A stretch of DNA of 64,000 bases from a virus (taxonomy: Duplodnaviria > Caudoviricetes): the IMG/VR virus record IMGVR_UViG_3300013936_000014; one strand, written 5' to 3'. Position numbers and translations under genes: made by a program. The notes under the pieces were generated by a model, which saw nothing but the letters and a program-made list of their open reading frames with translations, did no database searches and had not been told where the DNA came from. Positions 9,101-17,818 of this stretch are shown here, in pieces. Positions within the stretch are counted from its first letter, which is position 1; every line of letters begins with the position of its first letter.

Positions 9101-9129
9101 AATATACAAAATCGCGATAGAAATATCAA
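9101..9129 (-). promoter_or_regulatory. sigmaA-like promoter of the shufflon expression gene
   Basis: TTGATA-N17-TATATT, followed by an 11-bp perfect 5'-UTR hairpin at 9068-9093. Confidence 0.6.
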
Positions 9130-9170
9130 TGTTTTTCTCATCGTAATTTTGTTTTTGTTTTTGTTTTTGC

Positions 9171-9365
9171 CTATTCTATTTCTTCATAGGTCAAGGTTTT
9201 ATTAGCCGCATCGATAAATTTATTCATCAAAACGGTAAACTGGCTCTTGAAATCTTCAAAATCCTTTTTCGAAGCAAATTCGCTTTCGAGAGCCCCCAAA
9301 GCGGCAATGGCCGCATCGAGTTGGTCGCCACTGTATTTGCTGACGTAGACTTTACTCTCTGCCAT
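9171..9365 (-). CDS. small tail-associated protein
   Basis: AGGAGG RBS; YVSKYSGDQLDAAI resembles the YxSKYxGxxID motif seen at phage fibre/baseplate N-termini. Confidence 0.55.
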   Translation of the reverse strand: MAESKVYVSKYSGDQLDAAIAALGALESEFASKKDFEDFKSQFTVLMNKFIDAANKTLTYEEIE

Positions 9366-9385
9366 AGATATTCCTCCTTATAAAA

Positions 9386-10645
9386 TCAACGAGTGATGAA
9401 GGGGATGTTGTCCAGACTCGTCAATGAAAGACTCATAGTCCCCGAATAATCCAGAGAACAAGAAACACTCTGAATCAGATATCGTTTCGACGTCATTCCG
9501 AAGAAGGAGTCGGTCACCGAAACCAGATTATTGACTGTCAACAACGGATTAAATGCCACATTAAAGGAAACAGAGCTTTTCATCATGAGCACTTTTCTCA
9601 GTTCATAATCGGCTCTCTCTTTCGCCAAAGAGTTGGAGGTGATGTTCGGATCGTTTATCACGGACCCCATATGATATCCTATTCTCTGATGGCATAAAGG
9701 TGATTTCGGGTCATCATTGACCGCCGTTGCCTTATATACCACAGAGGAAGAAGAATTCGAAGAGCCAGTCACGATAACCTTATTCACGATCGAAGAAAAA
9801 TCAAGATCAAAGCTCAGAGAGTCAAAATCGCCTTTTTCTGCTGTTACATAACATAATAAGGGCTTATCTCCGTCGCTTGTGGTTTCCGATGTCGGGATAA
9901 AAGTCAAGTTTCCCTGCGAATTATAAAAAACTTCCGAAGATAATTGCGTTCCCAGTTCCAAAAGAATGCTCCCGTAGGTATCACCCGAGCTTTTTGAGAT
10001 GCTTGATTGAACGGTTTTATTTTTAAATGTGGCATTATAGATAATTGGGCGAGAATCAAAAGGATATCCGTTACCTGGATCCATGACAAGAATCCCATTA
10101 ATGATATCCTCGATTTCTGACCCGGTGGATATTTCCGTTGTGTCGTCAAGGACGCCCATCTTCCCCTCGAACAATCCGAATTTATCTCCGGCGGTTATGT
10201 TTGTTATTTTATTGCCGCTATTGTCTTCCGAGCAGGTTGCTTTCGTTATAACGAATATTCCTTTTTCAACCCAAATAGTGACTCCAAAATCGTTTTGAAC
10301 GCCAAGATCGAAACGCAGTCTCGTCCCCTCCCATAGTTTATTTATCCCGACAAGATATTTTCCGTCAGAATTGACCAAGGAGAAGCTTAAGCTTCTCCTT
10401 TGCCCATCCTGATAATTCTCACTATAAGATCCGCCTGTTTGAATATCTTCATTCGGAATCTCGTAATTTATAGTCTCGTCTGGATAAAGAACATATATCC
10501 TATATCTGGGTTTGATGTTAGGTTTTTGGATATCTTCCAGTATCTGAGAGGCCGACGAGGCTGAAGACATGTTGAATTCGGTTTCCCCTTCTCTTTCAAC
10601 GGATATCACGTCTCCACTGGCGAGGTTGATCATAAGGTTATTCAT
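9386..10645 (-). CDS. baseplate hub / tail-tip protein
   Basis: RRSLSFSL, GIFVIT, FYNSQGNL, NKVIVTG, AKERADYEL, FNPLLTVNNLV pattern of siphovirus tail-tip proteins; ATG 10645 with GGAGG RBS overlaps the upstream stop. Confidence 0.65.
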   Translation of the reverse strand: MNNLMINLASGDVISVEREGETEFNMSSASSASQILEDIQKPNIKPRYRIYVLYPDETINYEIPNEDIQTGGSYSENYQDGQRRSLSFSLVNSDGKYLVGINKLWEGTRLRFDLGVQNDFGVTIWVEKGIFVITKATCSEDNSGNKITNITAGDKFGLFEGKMGVLDDTTEISTGSEIEDIINGILVMDPGNGYPFDSRPIIYNATFKNKTVQSSISKSSGDTYGSILLELGTQLSSEVFYNSQGNLTFIPTSETTSDGDKPLLCYVTAEKGDFDSLSFDLDFSSIVNKVIVTGSSNSSSSVVYKATAVNDDPKSPLCHQRIGYHMGSVINDPNITSNSLAKERADYELRKVLMMKSSVSFNVAFNPLLTVNNLVSVTDSFFGMTSKRYLIQSVSCSLDYSGTMSLSLTSLDNIPFITR

Positions 10646-13600
10646 AATCCGTATCCTCCTCCCACTCATTCGAACATTTGTCCCCAAAAGATTCGTCTTC
10701 ATTCATCGAATATATGATGGCGTCATCCGCGCTTGCTATTTGCTTCCATGAAAAACTGACAGTATCGGGGAGCGTCGCTGTGACTTCATTGGTTGTGGTG
10801 GTATTGTCCATTATCTGCACAATCCAACTTTGCCCCTTGATATCTCTCAAAAGCTTTGGCGTTCCGGTAGCAACAAATTTTCTCCATTCTCCAACCATAT
10901 AAGCTTTTTCGTTGGTGGACATAGGCGAGATTTTGGAAGAAGGGGTTCTTTCTGTATAACCGCTCCCCAACAAAGGTATTATTTCGCTGCCGATATAACA
11001 TGAAATGGATCCGCTCAGATAATTCTTCCTGCCAATCCCCACTTTGGCATATTGACCGAGGGTGCTGTATTCGTTTTTCGCCAGATTCTGGGAAAGAGAC
11101 CCGCTCTCTACCTGATATTTAAACAGCCAAATATTTTCCGGATCTGCAATATATTCGTCATAATCGGAACTCATGGAAGAGTTCTCCGAAGTCGAAATAA
11201 GATTGGTAAGGCTCCAGTATTGGAAATTGATCTTCACTGGCTTAGAGAGGTAACCATAATAATCCCTCCAATGCTTTTCCTTATCTTTTTCTATGAGTCT
11301 TGACGGTTCGTAGAATTTATCCACCTCTTCGTATTTCTCGGTATTAGCATATATGTATGGTATTTTACTCGCTTGAGCCGAATAGTTTCCTGGGAATATG
11401 ACATATTGATAAGAATGCCCATTCTTTATATTGAAATCCGATATCCTCACAATCTCATCTTTGTCTTTTACTTTTACGTTGATGATAACTGGGGACCATT
11501 TGTCTCCGATAAATGTCTTTTTTTGCTTTTTGCCCCTCTCGTCGTATCGGAAGAATCTCTTATATTCTCTTCTAAAAATGGAAAAGCTCCTCAAATAATC
11601 GTATTCAGAATCTTCCGAAGGCGCCCCGTTCTGCTTTATGAATTTAGGATATACGGTCAAATCAACCCTCTCGCCTTCGCAATTGGCTTTCGCACCAAAT
11701 CCTTCGATGCAGTATGTAAAATCCCTTGAAGGCGTCACATATTGAAGCAATTTCCTTTCTTTCACGTCTCTGCCGTTCTCATCGACGACATATAAAGTGA
11801 TAAGATATATATTCGAAGAGTAAGAAACCTCTTTTGTCCCAGGTGTTTCAGATTCTTCTCCGTCTTCTTCTGCGCTGTCTAACAAGCCATAAAACAAGAC
11901 AGACATATTCTTGTCGTATTTTATCCCCGTGTCTTTGATAACCCGAGTCTCCGCGATATGCTCAAGCGGATCGGGACTGCCCGCTTCTATAAGGCTGGAA
12001 AGCTCTTCCGCAGTGTAAAAGTCGTCGAATTTCACTTTTTCCAACACCCACCGATAAGACTCCCAAGACCCCCCGTTCCATTGCCGATAAAGACCGCTTA
12101 GCGGCAGCTTGTACCCCGAAGTGGAATCAGTCGAAAGATTTAGCACATGGTAAACCGTTTGATCTTTGGAGGCTTCGTTCGTGTATAGCTTCGCAGCTGC
12201 TTTTATGATGCATTCTGGCATCTTAAGGGTTTTTAGCCCCGTTTCGCCGTTGCCTAGGGCCATTTTTTGCGCATCGCCATATACACTCTCTATTTTTTGA
12301 ATCATTTCGGCCCCTTTCTCTGCATTTGACAACGTGCTTTTTTCGAACCCGCAGGAGAGAGTCTCGGCCCCATTGGCGGGGTCCATAGACCAAACGGGTG
12401 TCCCAGTCTTGTCCGTCTTTCTTTTTGGAAAAACAAAATCGACCGAATAATCCTTGATGAGAGTAACGCCATCTGAAAAATTTTGCTCTTCTCCGACCAG
12501 CAAGTCAACGAAGGAAAGCTTTTCAAAAGCTTCCCTCCACGTGCCGTTAAACAGATTTCCCGAATAGAATAAGCTGTATTCTGCGGCCTCTTCATCAAGC
12601 GACCCGCTGTCGTTTGTGGGGTAGGCGAACAAAGTCAAATAATCATTCTCATCCGTATATCCATCATCAAGTCTCTTGTTGATAATGAGATAAGGGTCTT
12701 CCCTGAAATAAAACGGGTTCTCGTCGCTTTTTTTGTAAAAGCTGCATATTTTATAATGATAAGGCTCTTTTGTGTTGTTGGAATAACTACGGAAAGGGGT
12801 TTTCAACTCCTCGTGATCGACTTTCCATACGACCCTGTTCACCTTATCGAATTTCAAATAATTAAAAGACTCAGAGCCCCCCTTGTATTGAACGACTTTG
12901 TCGTCGAATTTTATCGCCATCCCAAGATCAAGGCCAGAGTAAGCACCGATATAAGTGGACGTCGTTGTGTTTTTCAGCACCTCTGCTCTGCACAGGTCTT
13001 TTGAGTCTTTGATTAGATCCAAAACGGAGCCCGATTTGCCTATCCTGCAGACTCCCAAACCGTTTTTTTCCCCTTGATTGACATAATAGTAGGAATAGTC
13101 TTGCCCCGGCTCTTTCACTTTTTCCCCAGGGTCGCCCTTCGACGAATATTTGTAAACGGCGCCGTCGTTTTCGTTAATATAATAGTCGCCCAACGATAAA
13201 ATGACCCCATCAACATAATCGGCATCGTTTTTTGTCTCAAACGCGCCCAGAGCTTTTATGGAATAATCGTCGTTAAGCAGCTGCGGGAAGAGAACGACCG
13301 CCCTTTCCGGAACAAAATAAAGCGGGCTGCTTCCATCGGAGCTCGTCCCTTCTGTCGTTTGCGCGCCATATGGCTTTTTCAGCAATGTTCCTCCTGCGGT
13401 TGCAGTCGAGGAGAAATTCCTATTTCCGTTAACCTCGCCATTTTGCACAAAAATAATCTTTCCTATGTAATTAGACCATTCCGTGTAGCCACCTGCGCGC
13501 GTCCACGTCGCCATTTTCGCCGACGTGATCGGGAAATTGCCAGTTTCTGAGGCTGTTTCTTCCGATTCTTTCGTCTCCGCGTTGTAATAAGGCGGATACA

Positions 13601-15761
13601 AATCATCGTCATCGGTTATGTGATACATATCATCCCAATCCAATTTTCCAGAGCTGTCGCATTTAACCACGACGTTGTCTTTCGGATATTGGTCTTTTTC
13701 GCTTGGGGTTGCGTATTTGTATCCCACCTTGAGGTGTTCGCCTCCGCCATTGGGATAGACATAGCAGGCGTATTTCACCGATTCGTTTCCTGGATCATAG
13801 ATGTCTTTTGTCTTATCCCTTTCCCATTCCTCGCTTGTCGTCGATGAACTGAAAATCCAGCATTGATTTTCGTCGTTTGTCTTCGAGGTGTCCAGTTCCT
13901 CTTCATAGCCCATATTGACGTCCGCGAAAGCCATTTTCGGAACGAAAGACGCGCTCGTCTCTCTCCATGTGGAATATTTCGACGAGTCTGTGGTCCCCGA
14001 TTCGAGAGTTTTGTCTTGATCCTTCACGCAGTATCTTTTCTTTGTGTGCACGGTCAGCAGGAAATCCTCCCCTGCCTTCGTTTCCTCCTCCGTCATCTCA
14101 TGGGTCCATGCGAAAGACTCGGGAACCCCGTTATCGTCGTATTTGTCTCCGGAGGAATCCCTTTTGTAGATTTTTTTCTGAGTCGTCTTCGACGTTTCTC
14201 CTTTATTATTCGTTATTGTGACCGGGATCTTTACCGTGATGGTGTTGTCGGAGTCGTCAACCATTTTGTACACCCCGTTTTCGGCGGGCTTTTTCTGATA
14301 CATAAGCAATACATATTTTCCGTTTTCTCCAACAACGCCGTCTATATTCTGCAATCCGCAAAGTTCGACGTCTCCGGGCTCCCCTCCTGGGATGTATTCT
14401 TTCGTTTCGACCGAAGCCATGTCGACGATATCTGTGTCAAGGATCGATTCTGAATTATTCGAATGCTTGTAAAACTCAACCCATTTTGCCGAATCAACCG
14501 AGATAGAACCAGTATCGCTTTCTAGGGGGTAGACATGCCCCAAAGAAGAACTATACGTATTCACATAAAACCTTGCGCCAAGATCGTTTCCTTTCTCTCC
14601 TAACAACTGAGCATATGTCTGATATAATAGCACGCTGCTGCCGTCTTTGTTTTTTGGCAAAAGATATTCGGCTGTCTTGTCGTCGTATTTCGCGATCTGA
14701 ATCCTGCTGGGGCACGATCCCAATATCTGTCCGCTTTGCAACACCATATCGTACCACTCCGCAACATCCATATTGGAATAATCGATCAGACTATACTTGC
14801 TTTGAGAAGTGCCATATTGCTTCGCCTCACCGTCGCCTTGATAAAGAGTGATCTCCCATTTGTACATCTTCCCGACGGAGAATTTTATTTCTTCCCCCGC
14901 GGCATCGACCCACAAAGGCTCTTCATTCTTTCCTACCGCATACCCCTGAGACGAAGCGTTCCGCTTAATTGCATACACCTCATCATGATGGTTCCCTTTC
15001 GTGATAAGACAATAAGAAGGCTCGGACCCAAAATCCCGTTCCTTTTCTATTTTCCAGATGCCTTCTTCGTAAATCAGCACCCCCAATATTGCGACGTTTG
15101 ATGATTTGATGAAAAGGACAGTGTCGTATGCTCCAACATCCGAGTCCCCATTGAGTTTTTTTGCGAAAGTGCCCGCTTGCGAGTTTATGACACCGGCTCC
15201 CTCTTTTGCGTTGTAGCGATAACCGCCGTTTTTTTCGCTATATTCCCAGAATACCGAATTCTCCGGCGAATAATAATCCTCTTCTCCTTCTTCAATATCT
15301 TTGATAATATAATCTGCCCTATATTTTGGCTTATAATAAACCGCGTTCGCGGAAGATGTGACCCTGTCAGAAAAATTTTGGAAAAACGGGAGGCTGAGAT
15401 AAGTCCCGTTCAAACCGCTGTTTGTGAGATATTCTTGAGAAGGAAGCTCAATTTCTCCCCCGTCTTCTTTTCTGATGATCAGATTCCCCGCGGTGTTTTT
15501 TGGTAAAAAACCTTTGAACCACAATTCGCTTATCGGCGAGATATTCCAGTCTCTTTTCCTGCGGTTTTCGTCCGCTTCTTTTTCTCCCCAATTTGGAAAA
15601 ATAAGATTGTTATCTTCGTCATATATGCTTATTCTATATCCCGTGACTTTCTTGTTGGAGCTATCCACTTTGCAAGTAATCCACTGGGTCTCTCCCGGCG
15701 CGACGCGCAAATCACAGCTGCCAAGGAAAGGATAGCAATATGTAGCTTTGTATACTGCCAT
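10638..15761 (-). CDS. large tail/baseplate structural protein (1707 aa)
   Basis: Downstream of the TMP; beta-rich; contains the LxGLQxIDGV...NGVY/WTRA fibre module and C-terminal PKLLRDIKGQSWIV. Confidence 0.65.
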   Translation of the reverse strand: MAVYKATYCYPFLGSCDLRVAPGETQWITCKVDSSNKKVTGYRISIYDEDNNLIFPNWGEKEADENRRKRDWNISPISELWFKGFLPKNTAGNLIIRKEDGGEIELPSQEYLTNSGLNGTYLSLPFFQNFSDRVTSSANAVYYKPKYRADYIIKDIEEGEEDYYSPENSVFWEYSEKNGGYRYNAKEGAGVINSQAGTFAKKLNGDSDVGAYDTVLFIKSSNVAILGVLIYEEGIWKIEKERDFGSEPSYCLITKGNHHDEVYAIKRNASSQGYAVGKNEEPLWVDAAGEEIKFSVGKMYKWEITLYQGDGEAKQYGTSQSKYSLIDYSNMDVAEWYDMVLQSGQILGSCPSRIQIAKYDDKTAEYLLPKNKDGSSVLLYQTYAQLLGEKGNDLGARFYVNTYSSSLGHVYPLESDTGSISVDSAKWVEFYKHSNNSESILDTDIVDMASVETKEYIPGGEPGDVELCGLQNIDGVVGENGKYVLLMYQKKPAENGVYKMVDDSDNTITVKIPVTITNNKGETSKTTQKKIYKRDSSGDKYDDNGVPESFAWTHEMTEEETKAGEDFLLTVHTKKRYCVKDQDKTLESGTTDSSKYSTWRETSASFVPKMAFADVNMGYEEELDTSKTNDENQCWIFSSSTTSEEWERDKTKDIYDPGNESVKYACYVYPNGGGEHLKVGYKYATPSEKDQYPKDNVVVKCDSSGKLDWDDMYHITDDDDLYPPYYNAETKESEETASETGNFPITSAKMATWTRAGGYTEWSNYIGKIIFVQNGEVNGNRNFSSTATAGGTLLKKPYGAQTTEGTSSDGSSPLYFVPERAVVLFPQLLNDDYSIKALGAFETKNDADYVDGVILSLGDYYINENDGAVYKYSSKGDPGEKVKEPGQDYSYYYVNQGEKNGLGVCRIGKSGSVLDLIKDSKDLCRAEVLKNTTTSTYIGAYSGLDLGMAIKFDDKVVQYKGGSESFNYLKFDKVNRVVWKVDHEELKTPFRSYSNNTKEPYHYKICSFYKKSDENPFYFREDPYLIINKRLDDGYTDENDYLTLFAYPTNDSGSLDEEAAEYSLFYSGNLFNGTWREAFEKLSFVDLLVGEEQNFSDGVTLIKDYSVDFVFPKRKTDKTGTPVWSMDPANGAETLSCGFEKSTLSNAEKGAEMIQKIESVYGDAQKMALGNGETGLKTLKMPECIIKAAAKLYTNEASKDQTVYHVLNLSTDSTSGYKLPLSGLYRQWNGGSWESYRWVLEKVKFDDFYTAEELSSLIEAGSPDPLEHIAETRVIKDTGIKYDKNMSVLFYGLLDSAEEDGEESETPGTKEVSYSSNIYLITLYVVDENGRDVKERKLLQYVTPSRDFTYCIEGFGAKANCEGERVDLTVYPKFIKQNGAPSEDSEYDYLRSFSIFRREYKRFFRYDERGKKQKKTFIGDKWSPVIINVKVKDKDEIVRISDFNIKNGHSYQYVIFPGNYSAQASKIPYIYANTEKYEEVDKFYEPSRLIEKDKEKHWRDYYGYLSKPVKINFQYWSLTNLISTSENSSMSSDYDEYIADPENIWLFKYQVESGSLSQNLAKNEYSTLGQYAKVGIGRKNYLSGSISCYIGSEIIPLLGSGYTERTPSSKISPMSTNEKAYMVGEWRKFVATGTPKLLRDIKGQSWIVQIMDNTTTTNEVTATLPDTVSFSWKQIASADDAIIYSMNEDESFGDKCSNEWEEDTDYE

Positions 15762-15796
15762 TTTGATTCCTCCTTTAATAATCCAATAGCTCGAAC

Positions 15797-15840
15797 AAAA
15801 AAATCAGCATTCCCGGAGAGAGCTAGTTCTCCGGGAATGC
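15797..15840 (-). terminator. intrinsic terminator after degV
   Basis: 13-bp stem GCATTCCCGGAGA/TCTCCGGGAATGC with a T7 tract nearby on the minus strand. Confidence 0.75.
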
Positions 15841-15852
15841 GAATGATACGAA

Positions 15853-16761
15853 TCAAACGTCTTTCAGCGTATATCCAAGACCAACGGCTCCTGGGCCAAT
15901 GATTCCGCCATGAAGAGGGTCTATCCTTGAGATTTTGCAATCGAAAGGCCCTTTTCCCATCTTTTTCGCCATAGAGGAAAAGTATTTCGCGAATTTTTCC
16001 GCTCGTTCCTCGCTGTCTGTGTATCCCACTTCGACGATGCCATCTTCGGGATATCCTTCTTTCTCCAGCATGGACATAATCTTTTTCGATAAAGCCATAT
16101 CCCCGCCCATGAATTTCGCCGCGACGCGTATGGTTCCAGAGGTGTCGACTTTCATGATGGGCCTTATATCAAGGGTATTCCCCACAAAGGCGGAGACTCC
16201 CCCGACCTTGCCGTATTTGGCCAAATAGGTCAGATTTTTGGGAACAAAATAAACCACTCTCTTCCCAATACTTTTCGAAAGGAAATCCTCCACCTGCTTC
16301 ATGGTAGCCCCTGCGAGCCTCATGGCCGCGGCCCCAATCACCCACGGAACAGACCCCTGAGCGACAGACCTCGAATCATACGCAACGATTTTTCTTTTGG
16401 AAAATTCTCCGCGCAGCTCCTTGATCGCCATCGGAAGATCAACATCAAAAGTGTTGGTACCAAAGCGCGAAAAATGGATATAAAGCACATCTTTACCTTC
16501 TTTAAGAAAGGGGCGAAAATATTTTTTGTATCCTTCTGCCGTTATCTTCCAAGTGTATATCCGATCCGCTCTTCTAAGATTTTCGAAAAACGAGTCGAAA
16601 TCAAAAGGTTCTCCATCAGAGTAAGGAAAAAAATCTGTCTCTCCAACTCTCAAAGGCTCTGAAATGAGCTTTATGTCATACTCTTTGCTAATTTTATCGT
16701 CTATCCCGCAATTCGTGTCGCTGAATATCACGTAATCAGTATGCCCATTTGTTGTAATCAT
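15853..16761 (-). CDS. degV: DegV family fatty-acid-binding protein (FakB-like)
   Basis: IFSDTNC, DVLYIHFS..GT, YDS, LTYLAKYGK, LDIRPIM, IGPGAVGL match the DegV motif order; start ATG 16761. Confidence 0.85.
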   Translation of the reverse strand: MITTNGHTDYVIFSDTNCGIDDKISKEYDIKLISEPLRVGETDFFPYSDGEPFDFDSFFENLRRADRIYTWKITAEGYKKYFRPFLKEGKDVLYIHFSRFGTNTFDVDLPMAIKELRGEFSKRKIVAYDSRSVAQGSVPWVIGAAAMRLAGATMKQVEDFLSKSIGKRVVYFVPKNLTYLAKYGKVGGVSAFVGNTLDIRPIMKVDTSGTIRVAAKFMGGDMALSKKIMSMLEKEGYPEDGIVEVGYTDSEERAEKFAKYFSSMAKKMGKGPFDCKISRIDPLHGGIIGPGAVGLGYTLKDV

Positions 16762-17752
16762 AAAGAGCTCCTCTTTCTTCCAGTAATTGGAAGACCTCAT
16801 CCATTCCCTGTTTCGGAGTTTTCCCGGTGCTTGACCAATGGTCGGACCATCTTATCCCATATCGAAAATAATCGCGATTCGCCGGCCACACCTCGTCCTG
16901 ATGCTTTATGATCTCCTCGAATTTCCTCCAAACGAGAGGCGCGAACGCTTTCCCCGCTTTCATGATAAGCGGGGTTATTTTCACATAATCGCTTCTTTTC
17001 CTCATTAACCATATGGCCACGTATTTGAGTCCGGAGAAACACATCCCCATAATAACACCAAACTCATTAATCGTCATGGAACTCGTCCCATCGAGCTTGA
17101 TCTCGCGCCCGAGAAATTCCCTCGGCGTCATGTTGTAAGCTTGATATCTCGCTCCTTTTATCGCCCATTCGAGAAGGGTGTCATACCATATGCTCTCTTT
17201 CCCGTTTATCACATAAGAGCAGAAATAAAGCAAGGGGTGACGAGTGTCCGCTTCGCAATTCGGGAATCCAGGCGTTGTGCAGAACCGCCCCTCATATATG
17301 GAATATGAGGGGGTGGAAAGCTGCGGGCTTCTCTTCATTATGGCATAAACTTCTTCTCTGGGGAAATAAATGGTTCTTGCCACTTCTCCGTCTTTGCGGA
17401 GCCATCGAATGAAATAATCACCCTCAAAGCAATCGGTCGCAAACATATTCGTATTATGAAAATCGATATTGCTTAACCCTTCGCAATCCTTAAATGCTTT
17501 ATGCCCAATTTTCCTCATCGTTAAGGGGAAAGAAACGGACCTGAGCTCTTTGTGCCCGACGAACGCGAGTGGGGCGACTTCAGTCGCCCCTTCTCTTATC
17601 CATAAAATAGGGGGAAGTTTCACTTCTTTAAATGCTTCCGAACCGATAACGGTGGCTTCTTTGGGAAGGGTTACATTCAGGACTTCTCCCGAGACGTCCC
17701 CTTTTTCCAAATAAACCTTCACCACAATTCCTTTATCCACATCAAATTTCAT
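16736..17752 (-). CDS. protein with N-terminal BspA-type leucine-rich repeats
   Basis: LPKEATVIGSEAF, FPLTMRKIGHKAFKDCEGLSNI repeats; own promoter TTGACT-N17-TAACAT at 17785-17813. Confidence 0.7.
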   Translation of the reverse strand: MKFDVDKGIVVKVYLEKGDVSGEVLNVTLPKEATVIGSEAFKEVKLPPILWIREGATEVAPLAFVGHKELRSVSFPLTMRKIGHKAFKDCEGLSNIDFHNTNMFATDCFEGDYFIRWLRKDGEVARTIYFPREEVYAIMKRSPQLSTPSYSIYEGRFCTTPGFPNCEADTRHPLLYFCSYVINGKESIWYDTLLEWAIKGARYQAYNMTPREFLGREIKLDGTSSMTINEFGVIMGMCFSGLKYVAIWLMRKRSDYVKITPLIMKAGKAFAPLVWRKFEEIIKHQDEVWPANRDYFRYGIRWSDHWSSTGKTPKQGMDEVFQLLEERGALYDYNKWAY

Positions 17753-17818
17753 GATTTCCCTCCTTCTGTATTTTTGTCTTCTACATGTTAATGCTTATTG
17801 AGTATTAAGTCAAGATTA

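Noticed and set aside
9146-9169. (TTTTTG)x4 microsatellite upstream of the shufflon promoter
   Set aside because: Upstream of the -35, so it cannot change promoter spacing; at most an UP-like A-tract; no evidence for phase variation.
13506-14261. Intein in the 1707-aa protein
   Set aside because: No C/S start with HN-C/S/T end and no LAGLIDADG motifs.
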